This document shows, in pieces, positions 52,491 through 60,613 of a stretch of 64,000 nt of DNA. The stretch lies in contig JAQBZH010000007.1 of the NCBI GenBank assembly GCA_027622005.1, forward strand, positions 2,084 to 66,083. The letters are read 5' to 3'. Each line of letters begins with the position of its first letter. Positions within the stretch are counted from its first letter, which is position 1. The translations under genes and the position numbers were made by a program. The notes beneath the pieces were generated by a model. It was not told the origin of the DNA. It saw only the letters and a program-made list of their open reading frames with translations, and searched no databases. This DNA comes from Bacteroidota bacterium (GTDB taxonomy: Bacteria > Bacteroidota > Rhodothermia > Rhodothermales > UBA10348).

Positions 52491-52691
52491 ATGGCAGCAT
52501 ATACTTGTAAGAAATGTGGAATGAGCGTAGGCTCGATGACGTGTGGACATTGCAACAAAGAGCTTCAGCACGACACCATTACGACCGCGGCAGGTGCCCA
52601 GGTAGCCGTTTCTAAATGTCCGGACGGACACGGCAAAGTGAAATCTCCCATGTGTTGCGGCAACGACATGACGTGTGAGATTGGCGGCTAG
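52491..52691 (+). CDS. Cys-rich small protein (putative zinc-ribbon or metal-binding)
   Basis: 66 aa from the ATG at 52491, which is preceded by AAGAGGA: MAAYTCKKCGMSVGSMTCGHCNKELQHD...SKCPDGHGKVKSPMCCGNDMTCEIGG. It has two CxxC knuckles plus four further Cys and two His. The track extension back to 52365 overlaps the previous ORF. Confidence 0.5.
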   Translation: MAAYTCKKCGMSVGSMTCGHCNKELQHDTITTAAGAQVAVSKCPDGHGKVKSPMCCGNDMTCEIGG

Positions 52692-52822
52692 TTGTTCAGG
52701 TATAGGCCGTTCATTATCTGGAAAATAATTGCGGCTTAAACATCGCGAATCCGTGGACAATGGCTCTAAACCTGTTACCTTCTTCCCGTTACGGTCATTA
52801 GTCAGCTTTTGAGGATTTCACG

Positions 52823-53347
52823 ATGAAGTACGTTATTTGCCTATTTTTTCTTTGCCCATCTTTGTTGGTCTCGGCGCAAAACAAGCAGATATTTTTCTAC
52901 ATGGGCGCCACCCAAATCATGGAAGATATGACCGCTGAAGCGGTGCAGGAGGCAACCACGGACCTTTTCACCTGCTTGTCAACGAAGTCGACCGAGAATG
53001 GAATTGTAGCGCATAACGATTACACCCAATCCTCTGCGGCTATGACCGAGGAATTACTCAAGTCGTTTTCGTCTTCCGGGAATGATTTTGACCGGTGGAT
53101 GGCAGAAGAAAAATATTCTGACTTTAATTTTATAATTGTGATGATTGGCGGCGGAGTCCAGGTCATAAACGGGGAGAACAACTTTGCTCTTGGACTAGAC
53201 ATGGGCAAGATTGACCTCAACCCTAACGTGCCTGTTGACCCTTTTAGTATTTATGTTGGGAGTTCGATATCCGTTGTTGGCACCACCGGAATGGTTTGTG
53301 AGTTGATCTGGAAAACCCTCACCGATGAGATGGCCATATTAAATTGA
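52823..53347 (+). CDS. Hypothetical secreted protein
   Basis: 174 aa with a signal peptide (MKYVICLFFLCPSLLVSAQN). I recognised no family. Confidence 0.55.
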   Translation: MKYVICLFFLCPSLLVSAQNKQIFFYMGATQIMEDMTAEAVQEATTDLFTCLSTKSTENGIVAHNDYTQSSAAMTEELLKSFSSSGNDFDRWMAEEKYSDFNFIIVMIGGGVQVINGENNFALGLDMGKIDLNPNVPVDPFSIYVGSSISVVGTTGMVCELIWKTLTDEMAILN

Positions 53348-53492
53348 GATTATCCTCTCCGGGCAAATTCCGAAACGGTTTATTGTTGATCGGTTAGTTT
53401 TCGCGCAATTCACTTTGCTTTTAGCATTGAAACTTATTACTATTAAAAACGCATACTAATAGATACCGTGTTTTAACCACCTTCGACTAGCC

Positions 53493-53825
53493 GTGGAATT
53501 ACTTACTCGTTCAGAGGAATTATTACTCCTTGCCATTTGGCGCCTACAAGAAGAGGCCTATGGAATTCAAATTGGAGAGGAACTCACAAGCAAGACAGGT
53601 TCGATTTGGGCCATTGGCGCTATTTACGGCCCACTTCATCGCCTTGAAAAAAAGGGTTATGTGCGGTCCAGCCAAGGCGAACCGAAGGAAGAAAGAGGGG
53701 GCAGGAGAACAGTCATTTACGAACTGACAATCAAAGGTAAGGAGGCCCTGTTTCACGCAAAAGAAGTTGTCGAGAGCCTTTGGGCAAATATTGATACTAC
53801 GGCATTCAAATTGGTGCGCTCGTGA
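53493..53825 (+). CDS. PadR-family transcriptional regulator (short subtype), copy 2
   Basis: 110 aa with a GTG start. SEELLLLAIWRLQEEAYGIQIGEEL...AIGAIYGPLHRLEKKGYVRSS...RGGRRTVIYELTIKGKEAL parallels copy 1. Its stop overlaps the permease GTG start in a GTGA at 53822-53825. Confidence 0.9.
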   Translation: MELLTRSEELLLLAIWRLQEEAYGIQIGEELTSKTGSIWAIGAIYGPLHRLEKKGYVRSSQGEPKEERGGRRTVIYELTIKGKEALFHAKEVVESLWANIDTTAFKLVRS

Positions 53826-56494
53826 ATACCTCCCAACCTCGTCCCCCGCGGCTCGCAGCGTGGTTTTTGGATAAGTTTGTCGATTCTTCCGTTGCCTATG
53901 CAGTGCTGGGTGATTTCGAAGAGATATTTCGCCATAAAGCCACATCTAAAGGGCTTTTAGTCGCAAAAATATGGTATTGGTTCGAAGTGGCTAAGTCCTT
54001 TCCACCATTCCTTGTAGACCTTTGTTATTGGAGCTTCGTGATGTTGAAGTCCCAGTTTTCGATCTCTTTTAGAAGTGGTAGAAAACATGCGGGGTTCTCA
54101 ATCATGACGATGCTCGGGCTGTCAGTGGGTATTGCAAGTTGCTTATTGATTGGGGCTTTTGTGAGGGATGAACTCTCATTTGATCGGCACTATGATAACG
54201 CAAACCAAATATTCAGAGTAGGTGTAGAGACGCCTGGTCCGGAGGGCAGCATTTCCTCAGCGGCTACGCCTCGGCCATTGGCGGAACTACTTGGCGACCA
54301 GTTTCCGGAAATCCACACGGTTGCGAGACTAAGTAAGGAGCGTGCGGAATCAGTTACGGTCGTTTCAGGGACTGAAAGTCATACTGAAATCGGTTTTGTT
54401 TTTGCTGACTCGAACATTTTTGATGTCTTTTCAATACCGCTTCAGCAGGGAATTCCGGGAAAGGTCCTAAGCGCTCCATTTTCGGTTGTCATTACACCGT
54501 CAACGGCTGAAAAGTATTTCGGTCTTGAAGATCCCATCGGCCAAACTTTAACGGTAAGATTGAGGGGTGATGGGGACTTGTTTTCCTATCAAGTAACTGG
54601 GGTAACGGCTGACCTTCCCTCCCAATCTCATTTTCACTTTGACTTTCTAGCTTCTTATCAACAACATCCATTCGCCACGGCCGATGATGGGACTGAGCGT
54701 GCAGACTGGTCAGATTCCGATGTGTACACGTACGTTCAGTTAAACGAAAATGTCATTTCAGAGACTTTGGAGTCAAAAATCGTCGGGGTGGTGGGGGATC
54801 AGCTGCGGCTACAAGTAGAACGAAATCAGCCGGGTTCCACTTTGGGTGATGGCGACAGCCCAAAGCTATTCCTTCAAGCGCTTACCGATATTCATCTTCG
54901 ATCAGATCTTGCGAACGAATTCGAACAAAACGGAGATATTAGAACCGTCGTGTTTTTTGTATTGGTGGCGCTTTTAATCCTCTTTCTGGCCTGTGTAAAC
55001 TATGTCAACCTGACCACGGCGAGGGCTTCGACACGAACCAAAGAAATTGGGATCCGGAAAGTGTTGGGATCTTATCGGAGGCAGCTCGTCCAGTTTTTTC
55101 TGACCGAATCGTGGATTCAGGTTTCCATAGCCACCATTCTGGCTCTCGGAATGTTTTGGATGATTCTTCCTTGGTTTAACAGTTTTTCTGGTAAAGACAT
55201 CCAGCTTACTGCTCAGTCCGTGCTAGAGATCAGTCCATATTTAGCGGTAATCACCGTCATTGTTGGGATTATGGCCGGAGTTTATCCAGCATTGGTACTT
55301 TCATCTTTTCAGCCAGCAAAAGCTTTGAAAGGTGGAAAAAACGATCGGGGAATGAAGGGTTCGCTTCTTAGAAATGGATTGGTCGTATTTCAGTTTTCCG
55401 TGGCCGTGGGTTTGATGATCACAACGGTTGTGATGCAAAGGCAAATGGCGTTCATGCGATCTGCGGACCTCGGATTCGACAAAGAGCAGGTATTGGTCAT
55501 TGACGGAACGCAGGGATTGAAACAACAAACGGAGTCCTTCAGACGAGAGCTACTCAAATTGCCAGGGATAATTTCCGTCGCTCACGCCGAGTCGGTACCG
55601 GGCCGCTCCATCGGATCTTCCATGTTTGTTGAGCAAGGTCAGGATTCCAGTACCGAAGTAGAACTGAGTCGGATGTATGCCGGCTTTGATTATCCTGAAA
55701 CCTTGAACTTGAAGCTGGCGGAAGGACGGACCTTTTCACTCGATCATGCAACTGATTCTACCGCAGTTCTATTGAATCAAGCGGCTGTAAAAGCCCTTGG
55801 GATTACGAACCCCCTTGGTAAAATAATAGTCCGACAAGGAAATGATAGGATTTATACGGTGATCGGGGTGGTCGAGGATTATCACTTTCAGTCCATGTAT
55901 TCGGAGATAGAGCCGCTTGCCATTATCGGACCGGATCCATTTTACGAGAATCGACCGCGCCAATTGTTTATCGCAAGAATTGCAATGGAAGATGTTGAGC
56001 AAACGGTGGGCCAGATCGCAAAGACGTGGGGATCGTTTACTTCTGAAATTCCGTTTTCGGCCTCATTTTTGGAAGCAGAATATGATGCAAACTATCAAGC
56101 AGATCAAAATGTGGGGAGAGCATTCGGCCTTTTCACCGCCGTTGCACTTCTCATGGCATTATTCGGCCTGTTCGGGCTAGCAACTTACGCAGCCCAGGTA
56201 AGGATATCTGAAATTGGTGTAAGGAGAGTTTTTGGAGCCTCATCCTACCAAATTGTTTGGTTGATGGTCTGGGACTTTACTCGATTTGTATTGATTTCTT
56301 TTGTGATCGCTATTCCGATAGCGTTTGTTTTGATGCAAAAATGGCTCGAGGACTTCCCTTTTAGAATAGCGATCTCTGTCGGAATGATCGGTACGATCAT
56401 TTTGATTACGCTGGCGTCGGCGATCATAGCCGTTTCCTACCAGTCCGTGAAAGCCGCTCGCGTCCCACCTATAGACTCTCTCAAGTACCAATGA
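53822..56494 (+). CDS. Double FtsX-domain (MacB-like) permease with a cytoplasmic N-terminal prefix and no ATPase domain (ADOP-like), copy 3
   Basis: 890 aa. The prefix MNTSQPRPPRLAAWFLDKFVDSSVAYAVLGDFEEIFRHK...IWYWFEV precedes the canonical MLKSQFSISFRSGRKHAGFSIMTMLGLSVG permease start. It has the same two-repeat topology as the other copies, and I saw no Walker A motif. Confidence 0.85.
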   Translation: MNTSQPRPPRLAAWFLDKFVDSSVAYAVLGDFEEIFRHKATSKGLLVAKIWYWFEVAKSFPPFLVDLCYWSFVMLKSQFSISFRSGRKHAGFSIMTMLGLSVGIASCLLIGAFVRDELSFDRHYDNANQIFRVGVETPGPEGSISSAATPRPLAELLGDQFPEIHTVARLSKERAESVTVVSGTESHTEIGFVFADSNIFDVFSIPLQQGIPGKVLSAPFSVVITPSTAEKYFGLEDPIGQTLTVRLRGDGDLFSYQVTGVTADLPSQSHFHFDFLASYQQHPFATADDGTERADWSDSDVYTYVQLNENVISETLESKIVGVVGDQLRLQVERNQPGSTLGDGDSPKLFLQALTDIHLRSDLANEFEQNGDIRTVVFFVLVALLILFLACVNYVNLTTARASTRTKEIGIRKVLGSYRRQLVQFFLTESWIQVSIATILALGMFWMILPWFNSFSGKDIQLTAQSVLEISPYLAVITVIVGIMAGVYPALVLSSFQPAKALKGGKNDRGMKGSLLRNGLVVFQFSVAVGLMITTVVMQRQMAFMRSADLGFDKEQVLVIDGTQGLKQQTESFRRELLKLPGIISVAHAESVPGRSIGSSMFVEQGQDSSTEVELSRMYAGFDYPETLNLKLAEGRTFSLDHATDSTAVLLNQAAVKALGITNPLGKIIVRQGNDRIYTVIGVVEDYHFQSMYSEIEPLAIIGPDPFYENRPRQLFIARIAMEDVEQTVGQIAKTWGSFTSEIPFSASFLEAEYDANYQADQNVGRAFGLFTAVALLMALFGLFGLATYAAQVRISEIGVRRVFGASSYQIVWLMVWDFTRFVLISFVIAIPIAFVLMQKWLEDFPFRIAISVGMIGTIILITLASAIIAVSYQSVKAARVPPIDSLKYQ

Positions 56495-56640
56495 GAGAAG
56501 CTGATTCTGGGATATCATATTTTACTGCTTAAAGTGTTTTTTCGGTTTGCCGCTCCCTCGTTGGCGGTGCTATCGCTGTTGCGCGATACCCAATTGCACA
56601 TCTATCATGGGAATTCCTTCACCCATTGATCGATTCGCAT

Positions 56641-58716
56641 ATGTCTCAGCTCCCCTCTCGGATAGTCCTTTACGGTCTGCTTTTCGTCGTCGCTGCGTGC
56701 TCAACTCCCGTAACGACCGCGGACTGGCCTGTTTATGGTGGTAACACCGAAAACACCCATTACACCACGCTGGATCAGATATCACCCGAAAATGTGGCTC
56801 AATTGCAGGTTGCGTGGACGTTTGAGACCGGCGATGAATCCCCCGGATCCGAAATGCAGGCCAATCCCATTGTAATTGATGGGATTATGTACGCCACGAC
56901 TCCCAAAATGCACGTTTTCGCGCTGAATGCAGCAACTGGTGAGCTGATCTGGCGGTTTGATCCGAACAATGGAGAACCAGGCGGCGCGCGGTTTAGGCAC
57001 CGCGGAGTCACCGTTACGGGAGATCGTGTCATTTTCAACTATCGAAATCGCTTGTACGCACTCGATCGGATTACTGGAATTCCAATCCCTAGTTTCGGAA
57101 AGGATGGTTGGGTAGATCTTCGGGAAGGTCTTGGTAGGCCCGTTGAAGGCCTTTCTGTGAGCGCTAGTACACCTGGGGTTGTCTTCGAAGACCTGTTCAT
57201 TATTGGCAGCTCAATGTCTGAATCCCTACCGAGCGCCCCGGGGGATATTCGGGCGTACGATGTCAAAACCGGGGTTTTGCGCTGGAGTTTTCACACCATT
57301 CCTCATCCGGGTGAATTTGGGTATGAGACCTGGCCGCCCGAGGCATGGCAGATTGCAGGGGGAGCCAACGCCTGGAGCGGAGTTACGATCGACACGGAGA
57401 ATGCGATTTTATTTGCCGCCACGGGATCGGCTTCTTATGATTTCTATGGCGCCAATCGTGCGGGAGACAACCTGTTCGCGAACTCCATTTTGGCCCTTAA
57501 TGCCCGAACAGGTGAGCGCATTTGGCACTTTCAAGGGATCCGGCATGACCTGTGGGATCGAGATTTTCCTTCTCCTCCATCCCTTATTACCGTCAAACGC
57601 GATGGTCGATCGGTCGATGCGATCGCCCAGGTGACCAAAACCGGCCACGTATTTGTGTTGGAACGACTGACAGGGGAGCCGCTATTTCCGATTGAAGAGG
57701 TTGCGATGCCCGGTCCGACTTTGCCCGGAGAATGGACGTCGCCAACGCAGCCATTTCCTGTATTGCCACCTTCCGTTGCGCGGCAATCCCTAACCATTGA
57801 TGAACTGACGCAGCGTACACCGGAAGCGCATGCCAGCGCATTGGCCACTTTCCACGCATACAGCACGGAAGGCGCATGGTCAACGCCCGACACGACGGGA
57901 ATTATTCTTTATCCGGGAACGGACGGCGGGGGAGAGTGGGGTGGACCGGCCTTCGACCCAGAGACAGGATTATTGTATGTCAATTCAAATGAACAGGGTT
58001 GGCTGTTGAAACTTGTCGTTCCGAGCGATGAGTCCTTGTATAGGGCTCGATGTGCGAGTTGTCATGGGGCGGAACGTCAAGGATCAGGCGTCGGACCGAC
58101 GCTGAAAGGATTGTTTGCGCGCAAATCCCGAGAAGACATCGCCAAAATCATTCAGGAAGGAACAGGCACCATGCCCGCGTTTTCATCCTTAATGAACCGT
58201 CGGGAAATAGAGGAAATTGTGAGCTTTCTCGAAACCGGCGTCGACGCTTCGGCGGCCAAAGTGGGCTCCACCCCATTTGATCTGCCTTACAAAACGTCAG
58301 TTATCGACATATTTCAGGACCACGAAGGATATCCAGGAAACATGACCCCTTGGGGTACGCTGAACGCCATCGACTTAAACGAGGGTACGATTCGCTGGTC
58401 CATTCCGTTTGGTGTCTATCCAGAATTGGCTGAAAAGGGCATGACAGACACGGGTACTGACAATTACGGCGGCGGAATCGTAACGGAGAACGGCCTTTTT
58501 ATCATCGCGGCAACGACCTACGACAAGAAAATCCGAGCATTTGACAAGTTAACTGGCGAGGTCTTGTGGGAAGCCGATCTCCCTGCCTCGGGTAACGCTA
58601 CGCCTTCTACTTACATGGTTAATGGAAAACAGTACATCGTGATCGCCGCCGGTGGCGGCAAGAACGGCGCGGCCAGCGGCGGGACGTACGTCGCTTTTGC
58701 GTTGCCGGATAAGTAA
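56641..58716 (+). CDS. PQQ-dependent (glucose/quinate-type) dehydrogenase lipoprotein with an internal c-type cytochrome module
   Basis: The ATG at 56641 gives MSQLPSRIVLYGLLFVVAAC, a lipobox. The PQQ-propeller N-terminus is DWPVYGGNTENTHYTTLDQISPENVAQLQVAWTF. The heme motif CASCH is encoded at 58051-58065, with a downstream GTMPAF that could supply the Met ligand. The propeller sequence then resumes (GTLNAIDLNEGTIRWSIPFG...KIRAFDKLTGEVLWEADLPASGNATPSTYMVNGKQYIVIAAGGG). Confidence 0.8.
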   Translation: MSQLPSRIVLYGLLFVVAACSTPVTTADWPVYGGNTENTHYTTLDQISPENVAQLQVAWTFETGDESPGSEMQANPIVIDGIMYATTPKMHVFALNAATGELIWRFDPNNGEPGGARFRHRGVTVTGDRVIFNYRNRLYALDRITGIPIPSFGKDGWVDLREGLGRPVEGLSVSASTPGVVFEDLFIIGSSMSESLPSAPGDIRAYDVKTGVLRWSFHTIPHPGEFGYETWPPEAWQIAGGANAWSGVTIDTENAILFAATGSASYDFYGANRAGDNLFANSILALNARTGERIWHFQGIRHDLWDRDFPSPPSLITVKRDGRSVDAIAQVTKTGHVFVLERLTGEPLFPIEEVAMPGPTLPGEWTSPTQPFPVLPPSVARQSLTIDELTQRTPEAHASALATFHAYSTEGAWSTPDTTGIILYPGTDGGGEWGGPAFDPETGLLYVNSNEQGWLLKLVVPSDESLYRARCASCHGAERQGSGVGPTLKGLFARKSREDIAKIIQEGTGTMPAFSSLMNRREIEEIVSFLETGVDASAAKVGSTPFDLPYKTSVIDIFQDHEGYPGNMTPWGTLNAIDLNEGTIRWSIPFGVYPELAEKGMTDTGTDNYGGGIVTENGLFIIAATTYDKKIRAFDKLTGEVLWEADLPASGNATPSTYMVNGKQYIVIAAGGGKNGAASGGTYVAFALPDK

Positions 58717-58784
58717 TCAAATCGGCGCGAAGGAGTCCAATTTATTACCCGCTTGGGTAGACTGACCAAGTTGTAGGGAAGGTG

Positions 58785-59192
58785 TCAAGAGGCAGCAAAG
58801 GATGCATATCTAATTCTGACCACTAGACAGGCCGTTAACAAAAGAGCCGTGGAAGCCGGTGCAAACGGTACAAACGTGGCCCCCAATATTAATAGTGCCG
58901 TAGCGAGAACGAGGTATCTGAGTAGTCCTTTCTCATGGTTGAACTGGTCATGAACGACCCAGAGGCCTAATAAATACAGAGCGACCGGAATAGTAAGAGC
59001 GGCATCAGAAACGGCTCCTTCAATGTGAGCTTGCCCCGATAGTACGTCTACATTCAGGGCCAGTCCGGCTCCTACGGCTGCGACGGACGCAAACACGAGG
59101 AGGTGACCATATCCCCAGATAAATGCGGTCTTGATGCCCGCGAGAGCCTGATGCTCGGACTCACTGAAATAAAGCCACCACAACGCCTTCAC
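58785..59192 (-). pseudogene. C-terminal fragment of an LtrA-like (low temperature requirement A family) membrane protein, 5'-truncated at the IS remnant
   Basis: The ORF reads ...ALWWLYFSESEHQALAGIKTAFIWGYGHLLVFASVAAVGAGL..., containing the WW.YF block that in my recollection of LtrA-family proteins lies about two thirds along roughly 380 aa. Only about 125 aa follow it here. The upstream sequence switches abruptly to an IS3 orfB reading at about 59170-59185. Confidence 0.55.
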
Positions 59193-59421
59193 GCTTTAAC
59201 TGGCGCCACACCTTGCGTACTCCGTAAACCTGAAAGTTCTCCTGCCACACCCGACGAATCTCTCCGCTGAGATACTCATCGCGTTTGGACCGAGCCGAAC
59301 GTAATTCCGGAGCTGCTTGAATAACTTTGTTCGCATAATAGGTCGACGGAGCAATTGGCAATACCCTGCAAATTGGCTCGACTCCGTACTCCCTGCGATG
59401 GTCATCGATGAATGTCACCAT
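59161..59421 (-). pseudogene. IS3-family transposase OrfB, N-terminal roughly 83 codons only (3'-truncated)
   Basis: MVTFIDDHRREYGVEPICRVLPIAPSTYYANK...YGVRKVWRQLKREGVVVA is the conserved N-terminal (HTH_21-like) region of IS3 OrfB. The DDE catalytic domain is missing. The reading breaks after VVVA and stops 3 codons later. Confidence 0.8.
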
Positions 59422-59791
59422 TACTTTGGTCGGCGGCCGAGCTCCGCCTGGGCAAAAAACGCTGAGGCTTTTCGGAGGATCTCGTTCGTTTGACGAAGCT
59501 CCTTCACCTCGCGTTCAAGCACCTTAATCCGATCCTTCTCGACTGTCGTCACACCAAGCTTGCGACCCGAATCCTGTTCGCGCTGAAGAATCCAGCGGCG
59601 CAGAGTTTCCTTCGTACAGCCGAACTTCACTGAAATGGATTCGATGGCTGACCAACGGGAAGCATAATCTTGTTCGTGCTCTAAAACCATGCGTACCGCT
59701 CGCTCCCTGACTTCAGGTGCGTATCTTTTTGATTGTTTCATAACTCTAAGTTCTCAAACTTTAGAGTCTCCAGCAAACCCGGGGCGGTTCA
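59173..59791 (-). mobile_element. Decayed IS3-family insertion sequence: left end, orfA and the 5' part of orfB are retained, the rest is deleted
   Basis: A candidate terminal inverted repeat, TGAACCGCCCCGGGTTTGCTGGAGACTC (minus strand, outer end at 59791), lies 50 nt upstream of orfA. A T TTT TTG slippery heptamer lies near the end of orfA (59453-59459). No right end or DDE domain is present. The inner boundary is approximate. Confidence 0.75.
59421..59741 (-). CDS. IS3-family transposase OrfA (HTH protein)
   Basis: 106 aa. MKQSKRYAPEVRERAVRMVLEH...SISVKFGCTKETLRRWILQ is followed by a leucine-zipper-like KVLEREVKELRQTNEILRKASAFFAQ. This is the classical IS3/IS911 OrfA layout. Confidence 0.9.
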   Translation of the reverse strand: MKQSKRYAPEVRERAVRMVLEHEQDYASRWSAIESISVKFGCTKETLRRWILQREQDSGRKLGVTTVEKDRIKVLEREVKELRQTNEILRKASAFFAQAELGRRPK

Positions 59792-59921
59792 CTCCTACTA
59801 ATTGCGCTAGCTCACTGTAGTAATTATACTTGTACAAAGACGTCTACGGTACCACTTCGTAATATTAGCGCCACCCGGTCCGTAGAGTACATGTCTTGTG
59901 TGGCCCTTAGACTTGATTGTC

Positions 59922-60182
59922 ATGAATCCAATAGTCAGCAGATTGCGAAAATTAAGAGATTATGGTGTCGATGTAGTTGCCGACTGGGACGACGAGCATG
60001 AACGTTATTTTGGTAGTGATCATGTCGACCCTTATGTATGGGAGATGTCTATATACCATATCTTGATGGAGTCATTCGGTCAGGAGAAAGCATCGAAGTT
60101 CAGGGCTTTAGATGATCCACGAGAAATGATGGCAATGTTGGAGGCGATAATACTCGAGATGGAAAATCGAGAATATTATTAG
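59922..60182 (+). CDS. Hypothetical small acidic protein
   Basis: 86 aa from the ATG at 59922 (a GTG at 59898 is an alternative start). It is D/E-rich (VVADWDDEHERYFGSDHVDPYVWEM...). I recognised no family. It lies in a visibly AT-richer stretch between the IS remnant and the tRNA. Confidence 0.35.
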   Translation: MNPIVSRLRKLRDYGVDVVADWDDEHERYFGSDHVDPYVWEMSIYHILMESFGQEKASKFRALDDPREMMAMLEAIILEMENREYY

Positions 60183-60371
60183 GTGGGCGGGCATACACAA
60201 CGAGCGCATGTTACGGACTCGCTGGAATTATAGGTTTCTGTAGATTCGATTTTGAGGGTCTACCAAGTATGAGCACCCCTCGCTATTCGTCACTTAATTG
60301 CTTCGGAATGGGACCCTATTTAAGCTTAGACGGACAAATTCCGAGCCCTTTGTTGTACCTATGATGTACCT

Positions 60372-60413
60372 ATAAAATAAAACCCCATGTAGTACAATGA
60401 CTTACATGGGGTT
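60372..60413 (-). terminator. Stem-loop terminator downstream of the tRNA gene
   Basis: On the minus strand, AACCCCATGTA-(11 nt)-TACATGGGGTT is followed by TTATTTTATA. It begins 4 nt after the tRNA 3' end. Confidence 0.65.
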
Positions 60414-60417
60414 CTAG

Positions 60418-60490
60418 TGGGCCCGGTAGGGTTTGAACCTACGACCAATCGATTATGAGTCGACTGCTCTAACCACTGAGCTACGGGCCC
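60418..60490 (-). tRNA. tRNA with anticodon CAT (Met or, more likely, lysidine-modified Ile2)
   Basis: The minus-strand 73-nt sequence GGGCCCGTAGCTCAGTGGTTAGAGCAGTCGACTCATAATCGATTGGTCGTAGGTTCAAACCCTACCGGGCCCA folds as a cloverleaf by hand: 7-bp acceptor, GCTC/GAGC D stem, GTCGA/TCGAT anticodon stem, CTCATAA loop, GTAGG/CCTAC T stem. CCA is not encoded. It strongly resembles my memory of E. coli ileX. Confidence 0.9.
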
Positions 60491-60613
60491 GAGTCGCGAA
60501 GCCGACGAGGGCCCGACAAAGGGCACGCCGGAAACTGCGAGGGGTGTTAAGATACGGGAGATTGGACCGAAAATTCCGGTGAGATTTATGCGAAGTCTTT
60601 CAAATTCGAACGA

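Noticed and set aside
58717-60417. Direct repeat of the tRNA 3' end (att site) or an integrase that would delimit an intact genomic island next to tRNA(CAU)
   Set aside because: I found no copy of the tRNA 3' segment (GGTAGGGTTTGAACC and its neighbours) and no integrase-like ORF in the adjacent 1.7 kb. Only a decayed-element interpretation is offered, at low confidence.
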